A DNA stretch of 64,000 bases, from positions 96,001-160,000 of the IMG/VR virus record IMGVR_UViG_3300036762_000065; one strand, given 5' to 3'. The notes under the pieces are model-generated. The model saw only the letters and a list, made by a program, of their open reading frames with translations. It had not been told where the DNA came from and did no database searches. This document shows positions 47,254-57,700 of the stretch, piece after piece; the first letter of the stretch is position 1, and every line of letters begins with the position of its first letter. Made by a program: the position numbers and the translations under genes. The stretch is from a virus. Taxonomy: Duplodnaviria; Caudoviricetes.

Positions 47254-50200
47254 CTATGGACAAACAACAGAATAATTCCACGCAGTTCCGTTAGGACCTG
47301 TCACGATCATTGTGAATATAGATTGATTTGTTACAGCAAAATCATGGAAGAAAGTTAATGTACCTTTGCCTGACACAGGACCTCCTGTAGTAGCAACTGT
47401 ATTGCCGTCATACACAACATCAAATTGATCGGGTTGACCGAACGCATTATAGTTTATTGTTACTACACCGCTACCTGTACCTATGTAAATAGCGGTGTTA
47501 GTTACACCAGCACCTCCACTACCGCTAGTATTACCACACGGTGTAACAGCTTGATCGTCATTTGTTATTGTACCTGTACCTGTAAAGTCTGTTGCTAGAA
47601 CACAATTAACAGGCAGAGATAAAGTAAGCTGCAAAGTTTCATCTATTTCCGCATCGGTATCTCCGTACACTTCTATACCGACAACACCGGACACATATCC
47701 AGGATATATAATCAATGTACCTGACTCATTCCTATAATCCACACCGGCCGTAGCAGTTTCCGCAAAAGAAGAATAACGTACAGATATGTTCCTATCTCTA
47801 GGTAAGTTGTCAGCAAATGAAACAGTGAACTGTAATAACTTTGAACCGGAATCCCCTTCAGTAACCGAGCCGTCTGATATGTTCAATACAGGAGGATTAA
47901 AAAACTCATCGTTGATAATAGTACCTATAGCTTGAGAATCTGACACCACTGCATTTACAGGATTCGACAGGTTTATAAAGAACTGCTCATCCGGCTCTAT
48001 TGCAGTATCCCCTTTTATAGAGACTCCTATATTACCGCTAGTTTGCCCTGCAGGTATTGTAAGTGTACCTACTATTGATGTAAAATCTGTATTTATTGAA
48101 GCTGTATTTCCTGTCGTACTGTAGTTAACAGCAACATTCCTATCTCTTGGTAAATTGTCTACAAAGCGCACTACAAAGATAAGTAAAGAAGTTCCGCTGT
48201 TGCCTTCGTTTTTAGAAACATCGGCAATAGCTAGAACAGGAGGAACGTAATCAATATCATCATTTATTAATGTAACAATTCCTTCAGGGTCTGTTATTTT
48301 ACAGTTGATAGGATCGGATAGTAGTATACGTATAGTTTCATTGGCTTCTTCGGAAGTGTCGCCTAGTATATTTATGTATTCTGTCTTGCTAGTCTGCCCT
48401 GCTGGTATTGTAACTCTGCCAAAGTTTGTTTCATAATCAGAACCTGCCAATGCAGTACCGTTTGAAGTAGTTGCAAAGAAACTAACATCTCTGTCTACAG
48501 CAACAAGAGGTCTAAGTTCAAACGTGTAACTTATAGTATTATATACATCACCTTCAGTAACAGACTTATCTATAAGTTTTATTTCAGGCTTGTTGAAAGG
48601 ACACTCTACTAAGAAACTCCAACTTGTTTTACCGCTTCCTGTAACGCGAATCAATACGTCTTGACCTGCGGCAGGGTTAAATGGGAAAACAAGATAGTCT
48701 TCTCCTGCAACAGGGCCGCCTGTAGTAGCAATCAAAGAACCATTCTGGAATACTTCTAACGTATCCATTATGTTATACATTTGATAACGTATACTAACAT
48801 CACCTGCTTTATTACCTAATCTATAGTAAGTGTCTGTTACTCCAGCGCCTCCTGAGTGTACAACACTCTCTGCATCAAATCCACAAGGAACAGGGTCGAC
48901 AGAACTGCCGGTATCTCCTGGGCAGTTAACTAAGTACACCCAGCTAGTGTCACTATTTATAGACGTAACACGTACAGTAACAAGAGGGTCGTCTATTACA
49001 GGCACGTATTCAAAAGACAAAAGCCCTTCACCTACAACGTAACCTGCTGTCTGTGCTACTTTCTGTCCTTTGTAGAACACTTCCATTTTATCAGCTATGT
49101 TCCACATTTGAAATTCTATTACTACTGTTCCTGCTTCTGTACCCATATCGTGTATAAATTCGTGTACTCCTGCACCGCCTCCGTGACTAGGAACAAAAGT
49201 CCCGTGACAAGGAGCAGGGTCTGCCGGAGTTCCATACTCATCTTCAGGTTCTTCTACAGGGCACATCCAACTAAGCTGCCAATCACTATCCGGGTCCTGA
49301 CGCACACGAACAAATACGAGGTCCTCTCCTTGTGTAGTTCCTGTCTCAAAATAAAATGTAAGTCTATCAGAAGTATCTACTTTACCGTCTGTAGTAGCTT
49401 GTCGAATTCCGTAATGGTATATGTCTATAGAAATGCGTCCTGTGTTTATACCATAATCAAAATGCACGTAACCGCCTACGTCGGTATCCATCTTAATGTA
49501 GAATTCTATTATGTCACTGTCTGCAATACCAAATATTGTACAAGGACAACTTTTAGGGTCTTCAAACGTACCTTCTTCCGGACATGTACTTTCTCTAATA
49601 CCTGTCTGATTCTCTTCACACTCTCCGTCTAATCCTTCTCTGACAATACACGTTTCACCTGTTTCATCAGTCCTCTCGCCGCTAGTCTCACCACATGCAT
49701 CAGGAAGGTCATAGCCAGGAGGATAAGGTTCCCCGGGAGTAAAAGTACCACCAGCGCAGTTGGTATCTCCTGCACCCTCTTCTGAACTACCAGCATCAGC
49801 GTCATCCCACTTATTGTTGCTGTTATTATCCCTACTATTAGTATTGTTAGTACTAGGTTTAGAGTTATTTCCATTATTACCGCCGCCTGCAGGATTAGTA
49901 ACTGTACTAGGGTTAGTTGAAGTACCTAAATTACCAGTTCTATTAGAGCCTGTTCCGGAGCTTCCTGAGTTTGTATTTCCGTTTGAATCGTTAGGGTTGT
50001 CAGGGTTATCGGGATTGCTTGGATTGCTTGGATTGCTTGGATTGTTTGTTCCGCCGGGAGCGTAGTCCGAGTATGTTCCTCCGGACTCAGGATTGTCAGG
50101 CCCGTCAGGAAGTAACTCTTCAGGAGGGATGACTTCTCCTGTTTCAGGATCAACAGGAAGTCCTGGCCCTGAACCGTTGGCACCTTTACCGTCAGGAGTA

Positions 50201-50403
50201 CCTCCCATAGGGTCAACGTCACACTCGCTTTCTGAAATACAGTCTATATTTACCCAGTAGTTATTACTGCCGTGACGCGCTGCAAGCTTTCCTGGGATAA
50301 GTCGTATCCAGCGTGTATTACTAGGATCGCGAACATAGAATTCGGATTGACATATGTCAATCCATTTACTGTTGTCAACATCTCTTACTCTCAGGCGGCC
50401 CAT
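47254..50403 (-). CDS. Large adhesin-like virion protein with three Calx-beta domains
   Basis: Three (V/K)(T/N)EG(D/N)...TA....D[YF]....G.(L/V).I...GDT..E..E.....L..P.N...G.(G/V)T(I/L).NDD repeats; four Cys-bounded beta domains; NPS/NPD low-complexity linker. Confidence 0.8.
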   Translation of the reverse strand: MGRLRVRDVDNSKWIDICQSEFYVRDPSNTRWIRLIPGKLAARHGSNNYWVNIDCISESECDVDPMGGTPDGKGANGSGPGLPVDPETGEVIPPEELLPDGPDNPESGGTYSDYAPGGTNNPSNPSNPSNPDNPDNPNDSNGNTNSGSSGTGSNRTGNLGTSTNPSTVTNPAGGGNNGNNSKPSTNNTNSRDNNSNNKWDDADAGSSEEGAGDTNCAGGTFTPGEPYPPGYDLPDACGETSGERTDETGETCIVREGLDGECEENQTGIRESTCPEEGTFEDPKSCPCTIFGIADSDIIEFYIKMDTDVGGYVHFDYGINTGRISIDIYHYGIRQATTDGKVDTSDRLTFYFETGTTQGEDLVFVRVRQDPDSDWQLSWMCPVEEPEDEYGTPADPAPCHGTFVPSHGGGAGVHEFIHDMGTEAGTVVIEFQMWNIADKMEVFYKGQKVAQTAGYVVGEGLLSFEYVPVIDDPLVTVRVTSINSDTSWVYLVNCPGDTGSSVDPVPCGFDAESVVHSGGAGVTDTYYRLGNKAGDVSIRYQMYNIMDTLEVFQNGSLIATTGGPVAGEDYLVFPFNPAAGQDVLIRVTGSGKTSWSFLVECPFNKPEIKLIDKSVTEGDVYNTISYTFELRPLVAVDRDVSFFATTSNGTALAGSDYETNFGRVTIPAGQTSKTEYINILGDTSEEANETIRILLSDPINCKITDPEGIVTLINDDIDYVPPVLAIADVSKNEGNSGTSLLIFVVRFVDNLPRDRNVAVNYSTTGNTASINTDFTSIVGTLTIPAGQTSGNIGVSIKGDTAIEPDEQFFINLSNPVNAVVSDSQAIGTIINDEFFNPPVLNISDGSVTEGDSGSKLLQFTVSFADNLPRDRNISVRYSSFAETATAGVDYRNESGTLIIYPGYVSGVVGIEVYGDTDAEIDETLQLTLSLPVNCVLATDFTGTGTITNDDQAVTPCGNTSGSGGAGVTNTAIYIGTGSGVVTINYNAFGQPDQFDVVYDGNTVATTGGPVSGKGTLTFFHDFAVTNQSIFTMIVTGPNGTAWNYSVVCP

Positions 50404-50413
50404 CTAATTATCC

Positions 50414-50677
50414 TTATTTTGTACGTAACCCGTGTGCGGCTGGATTCTTTCTAACTACACTTCTACGTTTCGACACCTTTTCTTTTAGTGCATCACGTTT
50501 CTCTTCAATTTTAGTTTCAATGGCCTCAATACGAGCTTTAGCTTTATTTATTTTATCTTTATACCCGGTTCCTTTTTCTTTTTCCAAAGTTGCAATTAAA
50601 TCTTTTTGCTTTTTTATCTTTTGTTTGTCCGTAAGTTTTGCATTTTTTGTTGTGCTCAAGCTAATAAGAATTTTCAC
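50414..50677 (-). CDS. Small Lys-rich coiled-coil protein with MKILISLS leader
   Basis: GTG start with SD AGGAG; leader motif. Confidence 0.7.
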   Translation of the reverse strand: MKILISLSTTKNAKLTDKQKIKKQKDLIATLEKEKGTGYKDKINKAKARIEAIETKIEEKRDALKEKVSKRRSVVRKNPAAHGLRTK

Positions 50678-50919
50678 TATAAATCTCCTAGTATGTTTAG
50701 TATTTCCAATTCTTTTCTTTGTATTATTGCGTCAGGTGCTATTTCAGACAGTCCGCTCAACTCTATCACAAGCTTTGCTACCGTAGGGCCTATTTGTTCA
50801 GCATTGTGTTCAGCAAATACCGCAGCATCTTTATACGCTTTGTTGCCTATAAGATGCTTTAACTCTAACGAGAGAGAATGCTTTACGTCTGTGCTTAAAC
50901 TTATCTGTATAGGAATCAT
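50677..50919 (-). CDS. Small protein with MIPIQISLS leader
   Basis: SD AGGAG; leader identical to that of 32717-33439. Confidence 0.7.
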   Translation of the reverse strand: MIPIQISLSTDVKHSLSLELKHLIGNKAYKDAAVFAEHNAEQIGPTVAKLVIELSGLSEIAPDAIIQRKELEILNILGDL

Positions 50920-50928
50920 TAATGTCTC

Positions 50929-51432
50929 CTAAGGTTTTATCCAAAGTGCTCCAGGCATCGCTGATCCTGACGGGTCCTCTGTCTGTATAAATATCTGCAC
51001 TATACCATCTTGTCCTGCGTCTCCTTGAGGTCCTGTTGGACCTTTAGGTCCTGTAAACCCTCTAGGACCAGCAGGACCTTGAGGACCCTGAGCACCCTGA
51101 GCACCCGCAGGACCGGCACATCCTGTAAATCCGGTAAACCCGTCAGCCCCGAGTAGTCCGTCAGTGCCGTCAGCCCCGCTCAAACCTTGGGCTCCTGCAA
51201 CGCCGACGCCTATATTGCCTTGTGTCATAAAGCCAGACACTACAAGTTCAGTACCGTTGGCAAGTAAGAGAGTAAGCTTACCGTTAGCATCGTCAAAATT
51301 GCCTCCTACCACACCTAAGTTGTTAGGATTCTCTTCAGGATTTAAGACAACTTTCTCACCGTCAAAGCGCACATCAGACCCAGGAATGCCTTTTGCATCG
51401 AGCATAGTTAGTGGTGTTTTAGTTAAAGCCAT
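50929..51432 (-). CDS. Collagen-like protein
   Basis: About 21 Gly-X-Y triplets; MALTKTPL N-terminus shared with 46254-47063; C-terminal DP....G.LW motif. Confidence 0.85.
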   Translation of the reverse strand: MALTKTPLTMLDAKGIPGSDVRFDGEKVVLNPEENPNNLGVVGGNFDDANGKLTLLLANGTELVVSGFMTQGNIGVGVAGAQGLSGADGTDGLLGADGFTGFTGCAGPAGAQGAQGPQGPAGPRGFTGPKGPTGPQGDAGQDGIVQIFIQTEDPSGSAMPGALWIKP

Positions 51433-51435
51433 TTC

Positions 51436-51627
51436 TTAACTCCTGAAGTTCACTTTTTTAGGATGTATACGACAAGCTAGTTTTAACAGAATTAATGAGG
51501 TTGTTTGTTCTGTTAACTTATAGCCCAGGCATTTAAAACATTTACCTTCCTGTTCAATACAAAACGATTGTTCGGAAGGAGATGTATATTCATGTTTACA
51601 GTCTGGACATATCATTTTTAAAATCAT
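51436..51627 (-). CDS. Small zinc-finger protein
   Basis: CPDC...CFKC. Confidence 0.5.
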   Translation of the reverse strand: MILKMICPDCKHEYTSPSEQSFCIEQEGKCFKCLGYKLTEQTTSLILLKLACRIHPKKVNFRS

Positions 51628-51647
51628 GATTGCTGCCCTTGTAGAAC

Positions 51648-52352
51648 TTACTTAGCGTGTTTTAAATATGACTTTATTGCTTTAACGACAAAAACTCTAT
51701 CTTTGTCTTGTTCTGCACTAGATAGTTTGCTAAATGGTTTTTTCTGGTGCTCTTCTGCCCACGATCCGTTACGTTCGAGCCATTTTTTATGTACGTGATC
51801 GGCAGCTTTATCTAAAGCACCTGCATCGAGCTTACCTCCTTTAGCAGCTAATTGTATTCCTTCCACAACAGCTTCGGCATTCTTCTTGTTCTCTGCTTTC
51901 CAATCTTCAGGTAAGTCTTTATAATCTGTGTTCAGTATATCAACCTCGTCTTTACCGTTTTTCTTTATCCACGCTTCATCTTTAGTTTTCTTTATCCTGG
52001 TTTTCTCATTAGGCTTATCTCTTCTATATTCTTTTTGCCAATCTGAGTGTCCGTTAGATGCAACATCGTCAACCATTGCTTTACTGTGTTTTTTTATGTC
52101 TACCTTATCGCCCATTTTCTGAATCAACGCAGAACCTTGTTTTTGTACTAATGTACCTTTAACAGGAGCTTTCTTGGTAGCAGTTTTACTTTTAGTTACT
52201 GTAGTGCCTTTGACAGGCACGAGCTTGCCGCCTACCGATTTGTGGGTTATTATACCTTCTTTGTTTGCGTATCTGCCGAAAGAAGCATGGTGCAATCCCA
52301 TTTTCTTTGCTTCAGCACCAGCATCGCTAGATAGACTTATATGTATAAGCAT
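51648..52352 (-). CDS. RyR-repeat protein with MLIHISLS leader
   Basis: Two RyR-like units, H..W...Y.DLPE.WK.EN and H.VH..W...PF..LS..EQDKDR; N-terminal GL...FGRY...G..THKS..GKL domain. Confidence 0.65.
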   Translation of the reverse strand: MLIHISLSSDAGAEAKKMGLHHASFGRYANKEGIITHKSVGGKLVPVKGTTVTKSKTATKKAPVKGTLVQKQGSALIQKMGDKVDIKKHSKAMVDDVASNGHSDWQKEYRRDKPNEKTRIKKTKDEAWIKKNGKDEVDILNTDYKDLPEDWKAENKKNAEAVVEGIQLAAKGGKLDAGALDKAADHVHKKWLERNGSWAEEHQKKPFSKLSSAEQDKDRVFVVKAIKSYLKHAK

Positions 52353-52434
52353 AAAAAAGTTCCTTATTTAGTATTGTGTTTTTGATTACTATATTATGAT
52401 CATTACGGTACATACGTATGACTACTATGGTACA

Positions 52435-53151
52435 CTAAGGCCACGGGCTGCCGATCGGAGGATCGACTAGCCCTGTATCAGGATCGACTATTTCTCCGCC
52501 TCCACCGGGTGCAGGTTCAGGCTCCGGTGCAGCAGGAGGAGTTGCGTCAGGATTTACCCAAAGCGTTCCAGGCGCTACTGCACCCGGGTCTGTGGAACTC
52601 ACTATAATAGACACACTTCCTACAGGCCCTGGAGCACCAGGTTCTCCCGGAGGCCCTGCTTCGCCTCTAGGTCCTGTTGGACCCAATGCGCCTTGAGGTC
52701 CTGTAGGTCCTTTTATTCCCGGAGGACCTTTAGGCCCCGGACAACCCTTAGGTCCAATAGTACCCTGCTGACCTGCGCGCCCATCTCTGCCGTCTTCTCC
52801 TTTAGGGCCGGTAGGGCCAGGAGGTCCTTCGCAACCTGCATCCCCTTTCTCCCCGTCTTTACCGTCTTGCCCTATCTTACCATCTTTACCGCTAAGGCCT
52901 TGAGGCCCGGTCGGCCCTGTTGGTATATTAGACGCTGTAGGGAATCCTTTTATCGACACAGACTCTCCGTTCTGCATCGTTATTGTAAGTATACCTTGAA
53001 TGTCATCAAAGAAACCACTTACAACTTCTGATATCTCACTCTCAGTCGGAGCGACTAGCTTAAGGCGCTCGTTGTCTACAATTATTTCTGTAGCTCCGTC
53101 AGCACCACTAGCTTTTACTTGATCAATTAGAGGTCTAGTTAAACCAACCAT
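52435..53151 (-). CDS. Collagen-like protein
   Basis: About 33 Gly-X-Y triplets; DPG...PGTLWV C-terminal motif; start at 53151. Confidence 0.85.
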   Translation of the reverse strand: MVGLTRPLIDQVKASGADGATEIIVDNERLKLVAPTESEISEVVSGFFDDIQGILTITMQNGESVSIKGFPTASNIPTGPTGPQGLSGKDGKIGQDGKDGEKGDAGCEGPPGPTGPKGEDGRDGRAGQQGTIGPKGCPGPKGPPGIKGPTGPQGALGPTGPRGEAGPPGEPGAPGPVGSVSIIVSSTDPGAVAPGTLWVNPDATPPAAPEPEPAPGGGGEIVDPDTGLVDPPIGSPWP

Positions 53152-53152
53152 T

Positions 53153-53404
53153 TTATTTCTCCATACAATCTTCAACAACTGTACGTAATTTTTCTTTGTA
53201 GCTCTTACCGGAAGAGCCTACAACGCGAATGCTACCATTCTCACTGATAGTGGCTATTTTAGTATTACCGGAAAAAACGATTGTTTTATTTGAAAATCCG
53301 CTACTATTATCTACAACGCCTTTTAAACCTATTGATTTTAATTTACGTTGCAGTGAAGATAGATCAACTTTTTTACTTTTTGCTATAGATATTTGTATTT
53401 TCAT
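53153..53404 (-). CDS. Small basic protein with MKIQISIA leader
   Basis: SD AGGA; leader motif. Confidence 0.7.
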   Translation of the reverse strand: MKIQISIAKSKKVDLSSLQRKLKSIGLKGVVDNSSGFSNKTIVFSGNTKIATISENGSIRVVGSSGKSYKEKLRTVVEDCMEK

Positions 53405-53413
53405 AAGTTATTC

Positions 53414-54166
53414 CTAGATAGGTATGCCCCAAACAACTGATAATAAATCCGGTTCGTTAGCTGATACAACAACATAAGTGTTCAACGCAACACCGTCAGT
53501 GCCTGCAGCCCCTGCTTCTGCACTGCTACACTTATCTCCTCTGAAGCCTCTAGAGCCTTCGAAGCCGTGTACTCCTGCAGGTCCTTGAGGTCCTTGAGCA
53601 CCTTGCGTTCCTTCACACCCTTCAGGTCCTTCATCTCCAGGGTCTCCGTCTGCACCATCGTTACCGGCAGCTCCGGGCGCGCCTTGAGGCCCGACAGGAC
53701 CGGGACAACCGGTAACACCTAGTTTACCGTTGCGTCCGTTATTACCGTCGTCTGCATCTTTGCCTCTATTGCCTTTAGGACCTGTAGGGCCGACCCCGAA
53801 GTCTTTTTGCGTATAAAACCCGGAAACAGTAACAAGTTTTTTATTGGCTTTCACTACGAATAAAGTACCGGTCTCTTTGTCGAAGTTTATTTCTTTGATG
53901 CGGCCTTCATTAGTAACAGTTCTGTTCCTATACGTTATTTCAGACGTACCATCTTTCCTACCGACTTGTAGAGTATCATACCCGAAGCTATCAAACATGG
54001 CATAATCAAGATTTTCTATTTCTTGACCTTCATTTTCAAGCCTAACGTTTGCAGAATTTTGCTCAGGCGTGTTTGTAAGTATGGTTTGACCTATAGGTAC
54101 TTTAGTCAAATCACCTTCCGAAGCACGTTTATACAACTCTGATTTAGAAACACCTTTAATCGTCAT
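53414..54166 (-). CDS. Collagen-like protein
   Basis: About 28 Gly-X-Y triplets preceded by the shared FD...G.L...SGF.T..FGVG domain. Confidence 0.85.
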   Translation of the reverse strand: MTIKGVSKSELYKRASEGDLTKVPIGQTILTNTPEQNSANVRLENEGQEIENLDYAMFDSFGYDTLQVGRKDGTSEITYRNRTVTNEGRIKEINFDKETGTLFVVKANKKLVTVSGFYTQKDFGVGPTGPKGNRGKDADDGNNGRNGKLGVTGCPGPVGPQGAPGAAGNDGADGDPGDEGPEGCEGTQGAQGPQGPAGVHGFEGSRGFRGDKCSSAEAGAAGTDGVALNTYVVVSANEPDLLSVVWGIPI

Positions 54167-54722
54167 TTAACGTCCTCACAGCCGTATAGAAATAACTGTA
54201 CACTTCTTCAATATCAAGTATAGAACTACAATCTTCCAACTTGTTCAACACATCCCGCTCAAGTCTAAGTAAAAAACTCGTTGCCTTTGCCATACGTAAT
54301 TTTAATTTCTGTATAGACAACTGATGCAAACAAACAGGGTCACCTTGAACATCGGGTATATAGTAAGAGCACTCATCGGCATTTGCATACAGGCACACCA
54401 AAGATATTGTGTCTGTATTGAGCTTAAAACTTCTGTTATTGAACAAAAGCCCAGTAGCCTTAACATAAGCTAGTTTTCGTAGTATAGAAAGCTTATAGGT
54501 TCTTCTTATAGTCTCTACATTGTCTATAGTTACTATATCACCATTAACGTATCTATACTTCTTACCATCCCCTAGATTAGCATTAAGTACATTGTAAGCA
54601 TCTTCAGTTAATACCTTGCAGCCTTCAGGTAACTGCATATGCTCTAAATTAGAAACCTCCTGCAGTTCAATAGTTTTTATAAAATCATTGTCGTCTATTG
54701 TTGCAAAATAAACTATGTACAT
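54156..54722 (-). CDS. Tail fibre assembly chaperone-like protein
   Basis: MYIVYF.TID...I; YRY.NG.IV motif; lies downstream of a fibre/baseplate gene. Confidence 0.5.
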   Translation of the reverse strand: MYIVYFATIDDNDFIKTIELQEVSNLEHMQLPEGCKVLTEDAYNVLNANLGDGKKYRYVNGDIVTIDNVETIRRTYKLSILRKLAYVKATGLLFNNRSFKLNTDTISLVCLYANADECSYYIPDVQGDPVCLHQLSIQKLKLRMAKATSFLLRLERDVLNKLEDCSSILDIEEVYSYFYTAVRTLNDD

Positions 54723-54729
54723 GACTCAC

Positions 54730-57700
54730 CTATGCAATGTTTATTTTAGGAGTGCCTATTACGTTAAAGTTTACCATAAGCAAACTTTCATACTTTGATG
54801 TTTCGGCTTCTTTAATACGCATCTTGGCAATTATGTCAATATACCCTGCAGGTATGTTATTCTTTATTACTTCAAACACTTGCGTAAGACTTGCATTAGC
54901 GTATGCTTTTTGATCATTACCGTTACTAGGTAACGCAGAGAATCCTGCTGTGCCTGTGCCTTTTATCTGACGGCCGTACTCAGGTTCTCGCATACTTGTT
55001 GTTCTAAAACCTATAACATATTCCATACGTTCGAGTCCTGCAGGACTGACAAACCCTGGGCCTAGTTCAGCACTGAAATCCGCTATAACAGTAAGCAATA
55101 CGTCATCTGTTAAATTAAGTCTCCAACTGTAGATTATTTCATTAGAGTTGGACTCTTTTTGCAGTGTACTCATTTTAAAGTTTGTACTTGACGTAAACGC
55201 CTCTGCAATAGTGCTTTCAAACGTATAAACGGGATGTATGCCTGTTATCTTAATCCCTCTTCCGCTCTTGAACTCTACAGCAGGTATAGGCAAAGAGATT
55301 TGCTTTGCGTCATGGCGTATGAGCTTGAGGCTCTTTGAAGTAAGTATAGCATCGACAACAACACCGGTAAGGTTTGTACGTGAACTTCCTTGTGCCTTGA
55401 CGTTGTTGAATATAAGTACTTCAACTTCTCTGCCTGCAGGTATTGGACTACTTAATACTAGATTGTTATCGACAACTGTATATAGATCACGATGTATATG
55501 GCTACCTGACACCGACAAGAAAGTCATATCTTTTGTTTGTGGGTGTATAGGCAGTTCTACAAACAACGTTTGCCCTACAGTAATAAGCTGTTGTGTAATC
55601 ATCTCTGTACTGTAGCCGTCTTCTTGCCTGCGGACCATTAACGTGATTTCAATACTATTTCCAGGAGAAGGCGGTTGAGTGAATACTATTTGTTGTGTAG
55701 CCGCATCGTAAGTATAACTCACAGTTCCTTGCAGTACGCTTTGTATGTGTACGAAACAATACTCAGCACCGTCTATAGGGAAGGTCAATGTAAATCTTGT
55801 TTCTTGTCCGTCACCTACAAATTTATTGGTAACAAAATCTATGTAAGTACCGTTACCTGGGTCCTTAGTATACATACGTAAATCAATGCTTACGTTGCTA
55901 GGTATTGGCTCAGCGAATTCTATTTCACTCCCTTCAATATCAAACGCTGTCTTATGTTGGAATATACCACCAAGAGCAGCAACCATATAGTTATTGTCTT
56001 TAAGTACAATGCCGCCTAAGTTATAACGCCGTGTGACTCCATCACCTACTAAAGATAAGTTTGTAACTCTCAATCTTCCGGGAGCTTGATACAATGTACT
56101 TACTATTTCACTGCCTCCCCTAGGAGGTGCCCATACAGGAAAATCTCCAGCACCTCGAATAAGTGTCCAGTCATCTGGAATATTAATTCTACTAGGTAGA
56201 GAATCGTCACAACAATTACCTCCGGCGCCTGAACCTGAGGTCCCAGGAATTACAGTTGTTTGAGGCATGTTTACTGTTATGCCAGGATTAGTGAAAGCAA
56301 CGTTGAATACTTTATTACCTATTCCGGCATTTGTAGTTCTGTATAGTAACCACGTACTAGGATTATCTCCTATGTTACGAGTTAACGTTATCGGACTAGA
56401 CGCTCCTGTCCAGTCATTTGTACTGTTATCAGAAGTGTCTGTAAATACAGCAGCACCTAATGCGCTAGGGTATACAAAATAACCATACAGAGTTCCACCT
56501 GTTCCAGAACCTCCTGTAGTTACGCTAGGGGTCGCACCTGCAAATTCAAACGTGTAGTCTATTATCTTTTGACCCACATCCGGGAAATCCATTCTATAGA
56601 CGCGCCAGTTTGTAACAACACCGCCTACAGTACGAGTGAACAGTACAGGACCTGTTTCAAACGAGAAGCTACCATCATCGGGCCATTTAGCTCCGTCCCA
56701 TCCTCCACTGAATGAAGTAGCTGTATCGGTAAATACAACATCTCCAAGCTCTTCTGGTGCTATGAAGTAACCATAGTTACCTCCAGAAGAACCTGTATCA
56801 ATAGTAAACTGACCGTTATTTGTGTTAGGTAGTTCTGTACCACCAACTGCTATTAAATTTCCTATCTCCGCTTCTGTGTCTGCGCCGATTTGACCAACTG
56901 CAAATATAGGACGTAATTGTATAGTAGTACCTCCACCACCCGTATCGTTATCTACTACGTTTATAGTAAAGTTCTGATTGCTTGTGTTAGACAGTTCGGT
57001 AGCAGAAGTTAAAAGGTTTTCCAACTCTTGCGTAGTGTCTATACCTGCAACACTTGTAGCGAACATAGGAAGTGCAGGTATCTGGTTTACTACAGTCTGA
57101 TCTTCTGTACTGCCCGAGCATCCGCATCCACAACAACCGCCCTCAATACGTTTCCATATAGATATAGTGCTCGAAGAATCTAGTATAGAAAAAGGATACG
57201 CATCGGCTTCCATGAAGTTATCGTTCAACTGACTGTAAGAGAATCGTCTTGTTTCTCCTGCACCAGGGCCTGACACAATGTTAACAATGACAATCTCACC
57301 GTTTGCAAACCTATTATCGGCACTTATAGTTGCTCGCTTGAAACTGTTTATAGAAGGTCCTGAATCAGGCACACCTATGTATGCACGTTCATGTGAACTA
57401 AATGCCCATTGGAAATTGCCTTGACCGAATCGAAGTGCAAACGCAGGAGAAGTCGTACCGTCTATGTTTGTTAGTGCGTCTAATACACTAATAACGTTGT
57501 GGGTACTAAGTACAGGTGATGGTAGTTGTCGTATAAATGGAGTTACTGGTATACTACTGTAGCTGCCGATAGTAACGTCTATTGTTGATAAATCACACTC
57601 ATTGGTAGTTATTATGGCTACAATTTCAGTACCGCTTTGGTAATGTAGAGTGTATGCTTCTGTGAAAACACACCGCGCAAACATGACATTGTTTTCAAAG

